This document shows, piece by piece, positions 45,949-46,231 of a stretch of 46,231 nt of DNA. The notes under the pieces were generated by a model. That model was not told where the DNA came from. It worked only from the letters and a program-made list of their open reading frames with translations, and searched no databases. A program made the translations under genes and the position numbers. Each line of letters begins with the position of its first letter. Position 1 is the first letter of the stretch. This DNA is from an uncultured Bacilli bacterium (lineage in GTDB: Bacteria; Bacillota_I; Bacilli_A; RF39; UBA660), in assembly GCA_944358855.1 (NCBI GenBank), contig CALVSC010000003.1, positions 1-46,231 of the forward strand. The letters are read 5' to 3'.

Positions 45949-45977
45949 TTGCAATTGCAAATTTTTTTTGTTATCAT
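45949..45977 (+). promoter_or_regulatory. Sigma-A promoter
   Basis: TTGCAA-N17-TATCAT with TG extension. Confidence 0.55.
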
Positions 45978-46013
45978 TAATATAGAATAAAAAGTAGAGG
46001 GAGTCGATAAATT

Positions 46014-46231
46014 ATGGATTTTAGTTTAGAATGGTTTACAACAATTCCAGGAATGCTAATTACAGCCGGTGTTATAGCAATACTAGCTGCTATTATTCTT
46101 TTAATTGTAACCGGAAAGAAAAAGAAAAATAAGGATGCTAATGCTAATGAGCAAGCACCACAACAAGCTACAGCCGGAGCAGAACAACCTGCTCAAGCAG
46201 GAGCACAAGCAGTTGCTCCAACAGCAGTAGC
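46014..46231 (+). CDS. Single-pass membrane protein with Ala/Gln/Pro-rich tail (partial, runs off window)
   Basis: SD GAGGGAG; MDFSLEWFTTIPGMLITAGVIAILAAIILLIVTGKKKK...; no stop before the window end. Confidence 0.75.
   Translation, partial: MDFSLEWFTTIPGMLITAGVIAILAAIILLIVTGKKKKNKDANANEQAPQQATAGAEQPAQAGAQAVAPTAV

Overview
Low-GC Bacillota chromosomal segment (standard code, TGG for Trp; the style suggests a reduced gut Bacilli lineage such as RF39, which is an inference). 1-6.5 kb: 3' end of an Rpn-like gene, then a reduced sporulation neighbourhood. It contains Spo0A boxes, spoIIAA-like plus sigF-like with no spoIIAB, three zinc-ribbon membrane proteins, and spoVAC-D-E. 6.5-18.4 kb: housekeeping and accessory genes (SDR, RNHCP protein, PEP-utilising kinase, scpA/scpB, tRNA-Leu(CAA), HMA-like/His-phosphatase fusion, mini WYL regulator, SIS protein, GH10-PHP fusion). 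18.5-40.5 kb is the main candidate new system, a ~22 kb surface-fibre locus. It encodes three SipW-type signal peptidases (one apparently catalytically dead, one with a large cytoplasmic tail), six proteins with TasA-like SipW cleavage motifs, a membrane-anchored paralogue and a 2710-aa Gly-repeat adhesin-like protein with no sortase anchor. A tightly coupled operon inside the locus encodes a degenerate EAL-like protein, a membrane-anchored McrB-like AAA+ NTPase and a nuclease-less DUF2357 protein. 40.6-46.2 kb: lipoprotein, acyltransferase, hybrid histidine kinase, SAM methyltransferase, RluA synthase and a partial membrane protein. All family calls are by motif reading only; no database searches were run.
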